A DNA stretch of 64,000 nucleotides. Origin: a virus (lineage: Duplodnaviria > Caudoviricetes). Positions 10,921 to 20,908 of this stretch are shown here, piece after piece. The stretch lies in IMG/VR virus record IMGVR_UViG_3300044630_004720; one strand, written 5' to 3'. The position numbers and the translations under genes are program-made. Position 1 is the first letter of the stretch. Each line of letters opens with the position of its first letter. Below the pieces are notes generated by a model. That model saw only the letters and a program-made list of their open reading frames with translations, did not search any database and was not told the DNA's origin.

Positions 10921-11645
10921 TAAGTAACGAAGATTATATTAAGAAATTTATCACCAATAATGATGATGTTCCCGTTACATATAGATGGACACACGGAGCA
11001 ACTGATTTACATATGGGTGATGGTATACTCGTGTATTCGATTATCCAACATATGAGAGCAAAGAATTGTGTTTGTATTGGTTCTGGTGGTGGGTTTATAC
11101 CACGTATTATGACACAAGCGAGAATAGATTTACATAAACAAAAAATATTTGATGGAAACAATGATTATAATTGGGGGGATATTGGGTGCACTTATCTTGT
11201 CGACGCTTGTAATGGTGTTGGTGGGCCTAACGACCTTGAAGACGAGTCCTCATTCTTCAGGAGCACGTTTTACCCGCGTCTTATTAAAGCGACTTCAGTC
11301 GATGCCTACTATGACTTTTTTATTAGACAAGATATTAAAATAGATGTCCTTTTTATTGATGGAGACCATTCATATGAAGGGGTAAAAAAAGACTTTGAAC
11401 TTTACTCACAAATACTATCAGATAATGGTATTATTTTTATACACGACACAGATGCCGACTATGAAGAAACATTAATAGTTTCTGAAGATTCTAAAAAAGA
11501 CCATTATAGATTTGATGGTCCGGCAAAATTTATAAAAGAATTACAAGAAGACTCCGAGTGGAACTTGATTAATCTCTTTAATTTTCGTATATTATCAACA
11601 AAGCCATCATCTAGTGGCATTACGTTGATAAACAGAAGAAAATGA
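10917..11645 (+). CDS. Class I SAM-dependent methyltransferase (Methyltransf_24-like)
   Basis: CIGSGGG motif I and DVLFIDGDHSYEGVKKDF...GIIFIHD. Start re-set to MISNEDY (ATGA overlap). Confidence 0.8.
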   Translation: MISNEDYIKKFITNNDDVPVTYRWTHGATDLHMGDGILVYSIIQHMRAKNCVCIGSGGGFIPRIMTQARIDLHKQKIFDGNNDYNWGDIGCTYLVDACNGVGGPNDLEDESSFFRSTFYPRLIKATSVDAYYDFFIRQDIKIDVLFIDGDHSYEGVKKDFELYSQILSDNGIIFIHDTDADYEETLIVSEDSKKDHYRFDGPAKFIKELQEDSEWNLINLFNFRILSTKPSSSGITLINRRK

Positions 11646-12493
11646 TAAGATTGTTATCAGTTATTGGACACGGAACGGAATTAATTCCACACTTTGTTAA
11701 TCACTACTCAAAATATGTAGATGAAATACAATTCGTGGTATATCAATCTGCCATTCATCCTTCATTAATCAATGATGTCAAAGAAAAAATAAAAGACTAT
11801 AGTAATGTTAAAGTTGTAAAAACAGTTGAGGATAGAATTTTCGATTGGAATAAGGTAACCGCTTTATATAATTTAATTAAATCAAAGAAACCAAATGATT
11901 GGTGGGTTATTGCTGATATTGATGAGTTTCATTTATATCCAAATGATGATTTATATGATTTAATTCAAGATTGTGAAAAAAATGGGTGGGATATTGTTAG
12001 AGGTGGATTTATTGATAGAATCGGACCCGATGGGGAGTTTTCTGAACTAAATGATGACGTGGAAATCTTTAAACAATTTCCAAATATGGGATTTTTCAGA
12101 TATCCTATGAGCCAAGCTTGTCCAAATAAAGTTTGCGTGATAAGAGGTGGGATTGAAATAACATCAGGACAACATTATGCAAAGATTAATGGACAAACAA
12201 CTTGGAGATGGCAAGGTTGGAATCATCCTTTAATTAACTCAGATTCATATGTTCAAGTGCACCATTTTAAATGGGATAGTACATCCATAGATAGAATCAA
12301 AGCAGTTGCATCTATTAAACAAGAATATGCATATTCTGATGAATATGGTAAAATGTACGATGCATTAAGAAAAACAAAATTTAAAATAGATTTAAATAAT
12401 CCTGAATTTATGGTTGAATCAAGTGAAGGTCAAGCAGAGTTTAGGAGATATAGAAAATGGAATAAACTAATAAAAAAAATAATATCAATATGA
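11642..12493 (+). CDS. Glycosyltransferase family 2/92-like protein
   Basis: HFVNHY..YVD, WWVIADIDEF (DxD), NKV...GQHY, VHHFKW. Confidence 0.65.
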   Translation: MIRLLSVIGHGTELIPHFVNHYSKYVDEIQFVVYQSAIHPSLINDVKEKIKDYSNVKVVKTVEDRIFDWNKVTALYNLIKSKKPNDWWVIADIDEFHLYPNDDLYDLIQDCEKNGWDIVRGGFIDRIGPDGEFSELNDDVEIFKQFPNMGFFRYPMSQACPNKVCVIRGGIEITSGQHYAKINGQTTWRWQGWNHPLINSDSYVQVHHFKWDSTSIDRIKAVASIKQEYAYSDEYGKMYDALRKTKFKIDLNNPEFMVESSEGQAEFRRYRKWNKLIKKIISI

Positions 12494-12711
12494 GTGAAAA
12501 AACAAAAGACCCTCAAGTAGAATTGTTAGAACTTGAGAAAAGAAAAGTAAAAGCAATTGAGAAAATTGCAAATTCCTTGGACGCACTTACAGTATGGTTT
12601 GAAGAAATCGACAAACAAGAATGGAGTGACAGAATCCAATATTATTTAGCGGAATGGCATAGTTCAACACAAGACCCTAATAGTCCCACTAATAAAAAAT
12701 TAAAGGGTTAA
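12490..12711 (+). CDS. Hypothetical protein, 73 aa
   Basis: Overlap-coupled ORF in a co-oriented gene run. Confidence 0.6.
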   Translation: MSEKTKDPQVELLELEKRKVKAIEKIANSLDALTVWFEEIDKQEWSDRIQYYLAEWHSSTQDPNSPTNKKLKG

Positions 12712-12718
12712 GTATTGA

Positions 12719-14134
12719 ATGGCAAAAAAGTTAGGATTAATAGTACCATATAGAAATAGACCTAAACATTTAGAACTATTTCAAAAAAGAGTTACAAGAT
12801 ATCTTGATAGACATAAGATACCGTATGAGATTATCATTGTCGAACAAGATGAAGCTAAACTTTTTAATAGAGGTATGCTCCTTAACATTGGTTTTGCTTA
12901 TGCTAAAAAAATGAATTGTGATTATGTGGTTTTTCACGATGTGGATATGGTTCCACTTCACGTGGATTACTCATATTCAAAATTTCCGGTACATTTAGCA
13001 ACAGGGTTTAAACAAGAAGATTGGGAAACACCAAGAATGTTATTTGACACATATTTTGGAGGCGTTACAATGTTCACAGTTGATGACTTTGAAAAAATAG
13101 ACGGATACTCAAACAAATATTGGGGGTGGGGTTATGAAGATGATGATTTGTTATTGAGATGTGTTAAGAAAAAATTAAAGCTAGACACAAAAGTTGTTAA
13201 AAACGTTGGTATTGATGGGCAGAAGTTAAAATTTAACGGATATAACGCATATGTGATTGGTGAAAACAAATTAAACTATAGTAAAGAAAATACAATCTTT
13301 ATTTCTTTTTTTCCAGATGAATTAACTTGTAATCACGAAAAACATAACGACGACTTTTCAATATTTTCAATACCTGGTTTTGATTTTGCAATTTCATATA
13401 ACTCATTTTCAAGATATAACTTTTGTGCATTTGATTCAACTAAGAAACCTATCTATGTTAATTCATTAATCAAAACCAATTACCAAACAAACATAACGAT
13501 TACAATTAATCCCGAGTATAAAAAAATTAGAGTGTTCCAAGATGGACAATTTATAGGAGAAACCGAAGATTTTGATACACTCTACTACTATAAGAAAGAA
13601 AAAAATTTTTATATCGGAGTTGGTAATCCTGAACGAGAAGAAAATCCAAATTATTTCAGAGGATACTTTGATAAATTCATCATATTCAACGATGTACTAA
13701 CTGATGATGAGATTGAACATTTATCAAATAATCACGATGAGGGCGTAATGAAAATGTTTGGTAAAGAAAAACACATTCAACTATACTATAATTCTAAGTT
13801 TGTTGACAATTATCATTTAACAGACTTAACGGGTAATGGTAAACACGGAAAAATAGTTAATTGTGAAATTGTGAATTTGTCATTAGATAATAAAAGGAAA
13901 ATTAATATACCATTTAGAAGAGATTCTGTTTTTATTACCCAACATCACGAAGATAATGGTTTTAGTGGAAACAGATGGAAAACACAAGCAACAAGGTGGA
14001 ATCAATTAAGATACTATAACGAGGTTTCTAAAAATGATGATTTGTTAGATAATGACGGACTATCTACTTTAGAATTTGTGGAGCACGGAAAAACAAAAAA
14101 TAATAATATAACACATATTAATGTAGGAATATGA
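12719..14134 (+). CDS. GT7 (beta-1,4-galactosyltransferase-like) glycosyltransferase with inserted LamG-like domain
   Basis: IVPYRNR, FNRGMLLNIG, FHDVD, YFGGV, GYSNKYWGWGYEDDDL are GT7 hallmarks. A ~230-aa jelly-roll-like insert precedes the terminal GT7 segment. Confidence 0.8.
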   Translation: MAKKLGLIVPYRNRPKHLELFQKRVTRYLDRHKIPYEIIIVEQDEAKLFNRGMLLNIGFAYAKKMNCDYVVFHDVDMVPLHVDYSYSKFPVHLATGFKQEDWETPRMLFDTYFGGVTMFTVDDFEKIDGYSNKYWGWGYEDDDLLLRCVKKKLKLDTKVVKNVGIDGQKLKFNGYNAYVIGENKLNYSKENTIFISFFPDELTCNHEKHNDDFSIFSIPGFDFAISYNSFSRYNFCAFDSTKKPIYVNSLIKTNYQTNITITINPEYKKIRVFQDGQFIGETEDFDTLYYYKKEKNFYIGVGNPEREENPNYFRGYFDKFIIFNDVLTDDEIEHLSNNHDEGVMKMFGKEKHIQLYYNSKFVDNYHLTDLTGNGKHGKIVNCEIVNLSLDNKRKINIPFRRDSVFITQHHEDNGFSGNRWKTQATRWNQLRYYNEVSKNDDLLDNDGLSTLEFVEHGKTKNNNITHINVGI

Positions 14135-15540
14135 GTCACAAATTAGGAATCTGTATACCTTATAGAAATAGGAAACATCATATAGATAAATTAATACCGA
14201 ACCTATCAAAATATTTAACAAAACATAAAATTGACCATAAATTTTATGTTGGACATCAAGTTGATGACAAATTATTTAATAGAGGTGCAATGAAAAACAT
14301 CGCAGCTCATTATGCATTTCAAGAGGGTTGCGACTACATAGCTTGGCACGATGTTGATATGTTACCATATGATGAACAAGGTGTGATTCCTGATTATACA
14401 TATCCTGCCGAACATCCGAGACACATTGCAACAAGACTTTCCAAATACAATTACGGAATATTATATGACCAATACTTCGGAGGAGTGGTTCTTTTCACAA
14501 AAGAACAAGCACTTCAAACAAATGGGTATTCAAATGATTATTGGGATTGGGGTCAAGAAGACGATGATTTATTTTGGAGAGCACATTTTGAAGGGATGAC
14601 AACTGGAAGAGTTATCAAAACTTACCAAAATAAAAAAGTAGCAAACTTTAATGGTGATGATTCTTATTTAGTAATTCCCACAAATAGAGAGTTAAGTTCT
14701 TGTTTACATAATGACCACACAATTACAATAACCTTCAATGCGGAACAACAGGACCACAAAGTTCCAATTTGGTTGGTGGGAGATACTCAAAAGAGATTTG
14801 TAGAATATCCATTACTAAGAAAAGATGGTTCATTTACTTGGGGGATTTCATTCAATAATTCAAGAGCGGTAACAATGTCTCTTTTAGATAGAGAATCAAG
14901 AAATCACTACAATTGGGCAAAACGTTTTGAGGGGATGTGGACACAAGTAACTTTATCATATAATAGTGAGGAAAAGAATGCGTATTTTTACGTAAATGAT
15001 GAATTGATTTCACAGATGAACGGAATAAAACAAGGTATACCGTTCCCTATAGGTAGAGACCTTAAAACACACGATGGTATAAAACCATTTTTATTAGGTT
15101 TTTGTAATCATATGAAAACTTTTTACAAAGGAAAAATTTCTGATGTAAAAATATATGACACATATTTTAGCGACATCAATGAAATGGAATCTAACACTGA
15201 AAATTTAGTAATGGATTTCAATGATGTTAATGAAAAACTGATTAATAACAATGTTACATTCACAAATGAAGACATTGAAATTATAGAGAACATCGTTCCT
15301 TATAGAAAACAAGGAATGTTTTATTGTTTACCACACCAAGACGAAGGTTTTATCAATGGTAAGTGGGCGAAGGGTGAAACAACCGCAAGAAATGAAAAAC
15401 GTTTCGTAACTGAAATGCAACAAAAGAAAATAAATTATAAAGAGGAAGGTTTAAATAAAATTACTGAAGTAACTGAAATTGTTGAACTAGATGAAAAATT
15501 GTATCCAAATACAATGTTCATAAATTGTAAAATGAAATGA
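14131..15540 (+). CDS. GT7 glycosyltransferase with inserted LamG-like domain (paralogue)
   Basis: CIPYRNR, FNRGAMKN, WHDVD, YFGGV, GYSNDYWDWGQEDDDL. The insert has WTQVTLSY...YFYVND...YKGKISDVKIYD. Confidence 0.8.
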   Translation: MSHKLGICIPYRNRKHHIDKLIPNLSKYLTKHKIDHKFYVGHQVDDKLFNRGAMKNIAAHYAFQEGCDYIAWHDVDMLPYDEQGVIPDYTYPAEHPRHIATRLSKYNYGILYDQYFGGVVLFTKEQALQTNGYSNDYWDWGQEDDDLFWRAHFEGMTTGRVIKTYQNKKVANFNGDDSYLVIPTNRELSSCLHNDHTITITFNAEQQDHKVPIWLVGDTQKRFVEYPLLRKDGSFTWGISFNNSRAVTMSLLDRESRNHYNWAKRFEGMWTQVTLSYNSEEKNAYFYVNDELISQMNGIKQGIPFPIGRDLKTHDGIKPFLLGFCNHMKTFYKGKISDVKIYDTYFSDINEMESNTENLVMDFNDVNEKLINNNVTFTNEDIEIIENIVPYRKQGMFYCLPHQDEGFINGKWAKGETTARNEKRFVTEMQQKKINYKEEGLNKITEVTEIVELDEKLYPNTMFINCKMK

Positions 15541-16955
15541 TAGATTTTAATATAACTAAAGATAAACTTAATGGTGTTGGTTGTGGATTTTGCCTCGCAA
15601 AGTGGACACAAGTAACAATGCATTTACACAATGGGACAACCCATTCTTGTCACCACCCGTCACCACATAAGGTACCTTTAGACGAAATCGAGAGGAACTA
15701 CACTGCACTTCACAATAGCAATACAAAAAAGTATGCTCGTAAAGAAATGTTAACGGGTAAGAGACCGAAAGAATGTGGATATTGTTGGAATGTTGAAGAT
15801 AATTCTAATTCATTTTCAGATAGAATATTTAAAAGTGCGGAACCTTGGAGTGAACCATATTTCGATGAAGTATCCAATTTACATTGGAGAGCAGATTACA
15901 ATCCAAAATATGTTGAGGTAAACTTTTCAAATACGTGTAATTTTAAATGTGCCTATTGCGGACCTGAGTACTCTACAAAATGGATGGAGGAAATAAATGA
16001 GTTTGGTGAATATAAATTGGGTTTCGACTATAATGGTATGAAACAAATGGATGACAATAAAACCAGACCATATAAACAAACTGAGTTTAATCCTTATGTT
16101 GAAGCATTTTGGAAATGGTGGCCTGAGTTATATCAGACATTAGATACTTTCAGAATTACAGGTGGAGAACCTTTATTGTCTAAAGATACTTGGAAGGTGT
16201 TAGATAAGATAATTGAAACCGAGGAACCTAATAGAGAATTAAAATTATCGATTAACAGTAATTTAGGAGTTAATGATGAATTGATAGATAGATTAATCTT
16301 AAAATTGGATAAGATAATTAGTGAGGACCGAGTTAAGGAAGTTGTCATCTTTACATCTTGTGATGCGTACGGCAAGCAATCCGAATATGTTAGATACGGA
16401 TTAAACTTTGAACAACTTTTTAGTAACATAGATAAAATTCTAACAGTACTCCCTAAAGTAACTGTCGTCATAATGTCGACGTTTAACATCTTTAGTATAT
16501 TCTCATACGAAATGTTGATAAAGAAGGTGTTAGACCTAAAACTTAAACATTTCAACACCGAAAGATATTGGAATTCGGCACTCATTTTAGACACTTCTTA
16601 TCTTAGGTTCCCTGAGTTCCTAAGTTTCAGAATACTAAAAGGTTTCTTAGATGTTGAGTATTTCAATAGGTGGGAGAAGTTTATGAAATTCAATTCAACC
16701 TACAGAAGTTTAAATTTCTACGAGCAACAAACAATCGATGATGTTGGATTTTCAACCAAAGAGATAGAAAAAATAACGAGAATAAAAGACCTATTCATTA
16801 GTGACTCTAAATCGGATATTTCATTTGATGACAATAAAAGAGATTTTGTGATGTTTATCGATGAATATGAAAAAAGAAGAGGATTGAATTGCCAAGAATA
16901 TTATCCTGAATTAACTGACTTTATAAAAAATATAAGAAATGAGAATAAGATTTAA
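15537..16955 (+). CDS. Radical SAM enzyme with N-terminal Cys-rich (Twitch/SPASM-like) segment
   Basis: CNFKCAYC (CxxxCxxC), RITGGEP, and N-terminal FCLAKW..SCHH..ECGYCW. Confidence 0.85.
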   Translation: MIDFNITKDKLNGVGCGFCLAKWTQVTMHLHNGTTHSCHHPSPHKVPLDEIERNYTALHNSNTKKYARKEMLTGKRPKECGYCWNVEDNSNSFSDRIFKSAEPWSEPYFDEVSNLHWRADYNPKYVEVNFSNTCNFKCAYCGPEYSTKWMEEINEFGEYKLGFDYNGMKQMDDNKTRPYKQTEFNPYVEAFWKWWPELYQTLDTFRITGGEPLLSKDTWKVLDKIIETEEPNRELKLSINSNLGVNDELIDRLILKLDKIISEDRVKEVVIFTSCDAYGKQSEYVRYGLNFEQLFSNIDKILTVLPKVTVVIMSTFNIFSIFSYEMLIKKVLDLKLKHFNTERYWNSALILDTSYLRFPEFLSFRILKGFLDVEYFNRWEKFMKFNSTYRSLNFYEQQTIDDVGFSTKEIEKITRIKDLFISDSKSDISFDDNKRDFVMFIDEYEKRRGLNCQEYYPELTDFIKNIRNENKI

Positions 16956-17682
16956 AGAACCGTATTGGGTAAAATATAAATGGGATTTAGATACTCACCA
17001 CGAGAATCAATATGTTACAAAATTTAATAAAACAGATATTGAAGAAATAAAGACATTATTTCACCAAGAAAAATTTGTTGTAACCATAGAGGCAAGAGTT
17101 TTAGATGTCTATAGTCGAGACAGTGTTTTCGCGTTGTATGGAAAACCTGGAAAGAATATGGGGTTAACATATAATAATGAAAGTAAGATAATGGCATTTG
17201 AATTTTGGACAAAGTCGGATACCGAAGAATGGGATGATTTTAACTTTGTTTCTTTTGATAATGTTAGACCTGAAGATATTAAAAATGGTGTTACATTATC
17301 TGTTGCAAGAAACAAGGATTCATTCACTCTATATAAAAATTTCGAACCTGTAAATAAAATTAGATTTAAGAATAATCTAATTGATGATTACAAATACACT
17401 GGTTTGTTTTTAGGTTGCGGTAATCCCGGTTCTCCCGTTCCTGAACATCGACAACACGGAGAATATGATATCCATCATTTCTCTATTTTACAAAATACTT
17501 CTGACATAAAATATGCAAGAGAAATATACGAATCAAAACCGGAGGTTTTACTAAAGAAACCATTTTATTCTGATATTTTATGTCTTTATAATTTTAAAAC
17601 AATCAACAACATCGGAATCATATTCGATGAATCTAAAAACAATAATTTTTTAGAAAGAGTACCTAACGATTTCGTATTGTAA
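16939..17682 (+). CDS. Stand-alone LamG-like protein related to the GT7 inserts
   Basis: LFLGCGNP matches FYIGVGNP in 12719-14134. Similar beta-strand pattern and terminal xDxSxNxN. Confidence 0.45.
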   Translation: MRIRFKEPYWVKYKWDLDTHHENQYVTKFNKTDIEEIKTLFHQEKFVVTIEARVLDVYSRDSVFALYGKPGKNMGLTYNNESKIMAFEFWTKSDTEEWDDFNFVSFDNVRPEDIKNGVTLSVARNKDSFTLYKNFEPVNKIRFKNNLIDDYKYTGLFLGCGNPGSPVPEHRQHGEYDIHHFSILQNTSDIKYAREIYESKPEVLLKKPFYSDILCLYNFKTINNIGIIFDESKNNNFLERVPNDFVL

Positions 17683-17719
17683 GTATTTTTTTTTATATTT
17701 TAATTAAATTGAAAATATT

Positions 17720-19174
17720 ATGTCTAATGAACTAAGAGAATGGCGAAATAAAAACCTTAATTGTGTAAGTAAAAGTTTCTGTGCTGCTAAATGGTATAAT
17801 GCAAGTTTACATTTGGGACACGGATACACCAATTCTTGCCATTTACCACTCCCACACCCAATTGATTTGGAGGAGATTAAAACAAATCCATCAGCATTAC
17901 ATAACACCAAACATAAGAAAGAAGCACGAAGAATGATGTTGACAGGTATTAGACCTGCTGAATGTTCTTATTGTTGGAAAATTGAAGATATTGGTAGAGA
18001 CAACATATCTGACCGAGTTTATAAGAGTCAGATTTATAGTGAAGAGGACATTGCACTATTGAAAGATATTCCATATGATGAAGATATACTACTTAAAACC
18101 GTAGAGGTAAGCTTTGACAGAATTTGTAATTTTGCTTGTAGTTATTGTAACTCTGGTTATAGTACTACTTGGGCAAAAGACATTAAGAATAACGGAGCAT
18201 ATCAAAAGTTTCAAACAAGTAGTGCAGGTGCTTATTATGCTGACGGGTCTTGGTCTGAAAAGTGGGGTAAATTTAATGAAAAGAACCCATATGTACAGGC
18301 ATTTTTAGAATGGTGGCCTGAACTTTCAAAGACACTACAGGAGATTAGAATTACGGGTGGAGAACCATCACAGAGTCACAATTTTTGGGAGTTTATTGAA
18401 GTAATGAAACAATACCCATCTGAAAATTTAAGACTCGCAGTGAACTCTAATTTGGGTTTAAACGAAGCGACACTTTTCAAACTAGTTAGTATCTCTCACG
18501 AGTTACAAATTAAAGAGTTTGACCTATATACAAGTAATGAATCATTCGGAGCTCACGCTGAATATATCAGAGATGGTTTGAAATATGATGTTTGGAGAAG
18601 TAATATGATTAAGTTCATTGAGAACGCTAAATTCCGTTCATTAACCATTATGATGACGATTAATAGTTTATGTTTATTCAGTATCACTGAGTTCTTGGAT
18701 GATATGATTATACTGAAAGAGAAATATGGACCTAACAGACCTAATGTTGATTTTAACATATTGAGATGGCCATCATTTATGTCTCCATTATCACTACCCG
18801 ATAATGTTAAATCAAAATTACATCTTAAATTAAAAACTTGGTACGATAAACATAAAGATAGTCCACTTTTTAGCATTCACGAGAAAGCTCAAATCGAAAG
18901 ATTAATTGATTATATCGAAGTTGTTAGAAGAGGTCATAACCAAACTGAGTTGGATTTTGATAAACAGGCTCACGACTTCAAAAGTTTTTATGAACAATAT
19001 GATGTTAGAAGAAATAAAGATTTCAGGGCAACATTTACAGACCCTGAATTACTTGAGTGGTATGATAGTATCAAAGTAGATTATTCAATCCCTGATGTTG
19101 AAGTAACAAACGGAGCAATAACACATTATGAACCTGGTGAGTATGTGTCAGATGTTAAAACAAATATCATTTAA
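17720..19174 (+). CDS. Radical SAM enzyme with N-terminal Cys-rich segment (paralogue)
   Basis: CNFACSYC, RITGGEP, FCAAKW..SCHL..ECSYCW. Confidence 0.85.
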   Translation: MSNELREWRNKNLNCVSKSFCAAKWYNASLHLGHGYTNSCHLPLPHPIDLEEIKTNPSALHNTKHKKEARRMMLTGIRPAECSYCWKIEDIGRDNISDRVYKSQIYSEEDIALLKDIPYDEDILLKTVEVSFDRICNFACSYCNSGYSTTWAKDIKNNGAYQKFQTSSAGAYYADGSWSEKWGKFNEKNPYVQAFLEWWPELSKTLQEIRITGGEPSQSHNFWEFIEVMKQYPSENLRLAVNSNLGLNEATLFKLVSISHELQIKEFDLYTSNESFGAHAEYIRDGLKYDVWRSNMIKFIENAKFRSLTIMMTINSLCLFSITEFLDDMIILKEKYGPNRPNVDFNILRWPSFMSPLSLPDNVKSKLHLKLKTWYDKHKDSPLFSIHEKAQIERLIDYIEVVRRGHNQTELDFDKQAHDFKSFYEQYDVRRNKDFRATFTDPELLEWYDSIKVDYSIPDVEVTNGAITHYEPGEYVSDVKTNII

Positions 19175-20460
19175 TGAAATTAGTATTCGAAGATATTGGA
19201 AATCTACATAACTTTAAAAGTTGTCCTGATGTAAACCCATCAGGAATTAAAAGATTTACATATGCTCCTTTAATCAATGCGACTAATATGTTCTTCAGTT
19301 TCAGTAGAACTGAATCTTTTTTAAAGTTCATTGAATTTAATCCCGAAGTTGAAAACTATATTATACCGGCAGCAGTAAATCATAGTCCTGATGATTGGAC
19401 AGGGTACAATGATAAAGTTAAAAGTTTATTTGAATACCTAAATCCGAAGTACATCAAAGACTTAAGAAATAAGAAAGCTTTGTTATTATTGGACCAAAGT
19501 TTTGAAGGATATCAGACAAGTTGGTTATGGGACTTTTTCCACACACACTGCAAACAATACGATGTGCCACCATCAAGTATCATTTATGTGACAGGTAATA
19601 TGATTGCAGATGAGACATATGAAAAGTTTTGTTATGAAAATGATATCCAAGATAAAATGAAAGTCATTCCATATGCTCATTTTGAATTGGACGTTGGAAT
19701 GACTTGTTATCATATGGACCAAACGGGATTGTTACCTAATTTCAACACACATTTAAATTACAAGAAAAAAAATAAAAAAAATATAAAAACGTTTTCTTGT
19801 TTAAATAAGAGAATTAGACCTCATAGGGTATGGTTCTATAAGTATATGTTTGAAAATGACATTATTAAAGATGGGTTAGTGAGTATGAACGAATTCTCAA
19901 AACACCAATACCCATTTGAAAATAATCTTATTGACTTAGATGTGATTGATAAGATAAGTGAAAACTTACCGTTATTGATTTATGATAAACGCAACAATGA
20001 ACTTGACGATAACTATTACATTAGAAGATTAAACGAACAGATTTGTTTAGATAGTTTTATTAGTGTTGTTAGTGAAGCACATTGTGGAGATAGTGATGAG
20101 ACAATGTTTTTAAGTGAAAAACTTTTTAAACCGATTGCGTGTCGTCACCCTTGGATGGTTATGGGTAATAAGGATAGTTTATCGATGATGAAGAAAATGG
20201 GATATAAAACATTTTCCAATTTTGTTAACGAAGACTACGATAGTTTACCAACACACGAAAGAATGTTATCGATTATTGAAAGTATAAAAAAAGTAATCGA
20301 TGTTAAAGATAAAATTGAGTGGTACGAATCAACAAGAGAAATTGTTGAACATAACCACAAAAACTTAATTGATAAATTATATAAACTTCCTGAATCATTT
20401 GTTGAGGTATTGAAATATTACAATGAATATTTTACAGGAGAAAAAAACAAACTAATATGA
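19174..20460 (+). CDS. GT10/exostosin-like GT-B-fold putative glycosyltransferase (SEK family, copy 1)
   Basis: CLNKRIRPHR ... ISVVSE ... FLSEKLFKPIACRHPWMVMG. Confidence 0.5.
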   Translation: MKLVFEDIGNLHNFKSCPDVNPSGIKRFTYAPLINATNMFFSFSRTESFLKFIEFNPEVENYIIPAAVNHSPDDWTGYNDKVKSLFEYLNPKYIKDLRNKKALLLLDQSFEGYQTSWLWDFFHTHCKQYDVPPSSIIYVTGNMIADETYEKFCYENDIQDKMKVIPYAHFELDVGMTCYHMDQTGLLPNFNTHLNYKKKNKKNIKTFSCLNKRIRPHRVWFYKYMFENDIIKDGLVSMNEFSKHQYPFENNLIDLDVIDKISENLPLLIYDKRNNELDDNYYIRRLNEQICLDSFISVVSEAHCGDSDETMFLSEKLFKPIACRHPWMVMGNKDSLSMMKKMGYKTFSNFVNEDYDSLPTHERMLSIIESIKKVIDVKDKIEWYESTREIVEHNHKNLIDKLYKLPESFVEVLKYYNEYFTGEKNKLI

Positions 20461-20861
20461 GCGAAAGAAAATATTTACCAACACTATCGGAGTTAATAGA
20501 TAGATTGAGCATTGTACAATTAAAAGAAGTTTTTATTTCAGAACACAAAGATGAATATAGTCAAGAAATTGGAGACATATTACACGACATTCAATTACTC
20601 CTTAATCAAAATGATGACAAAATTACCTCCGAGACTATTAGAGCTATTGTTGTTTTATCTCAGATGAATCTTCATATTTGGCACAACGAGTCAAATTATA
20701 GGAAAGGAATTAGAGATGGTAATAACTTAGAACTAACTCACGGTTTGAATGGTATTAGAAACACTGCTAAGAATAAAATACAAGAGATTGTGGGTGGAAG
20801 AAAGGATTATAAAATTGACTGTTTAGCCGCAGAGTTTAAAGACTGGGAAATAAGTTGGTAG
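20457..20861 (+). CDS. DUF6165-like helical protein
   Basis: LSELIDRLSIVQLKE...LHIWHNESNYRK...NGIRNTAKNKI resembles this family, often seen near sugar-transferase genes. Confidence 0.45.
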   Translation: MSERKYLPTLSELIDRLSIVQLKEVFISEHKDEYSQEIGDILHDIQLLLNQNDDKITSETIRAIVVLSQMNLHIWHNESNYRKGIRDGNNLELTHGLNGIRNTAKNKIQEIVGGRKDYKIDCLAAEFKDWEISW

Positions 20862-20908
20862 GATTTACTTAACCAACAAAAATTAATAAATTTATTAAAA
20901 AGAAAATT

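Noticed and set aside
17686-17694. T9 tract in the promoter spacer upstream of the second radical SAM gene as a phase-variation switch
   Set aside because: Homopolymers of this length are common in such AT-rich DNA, and there is no evidence of length variation from a single sequence.
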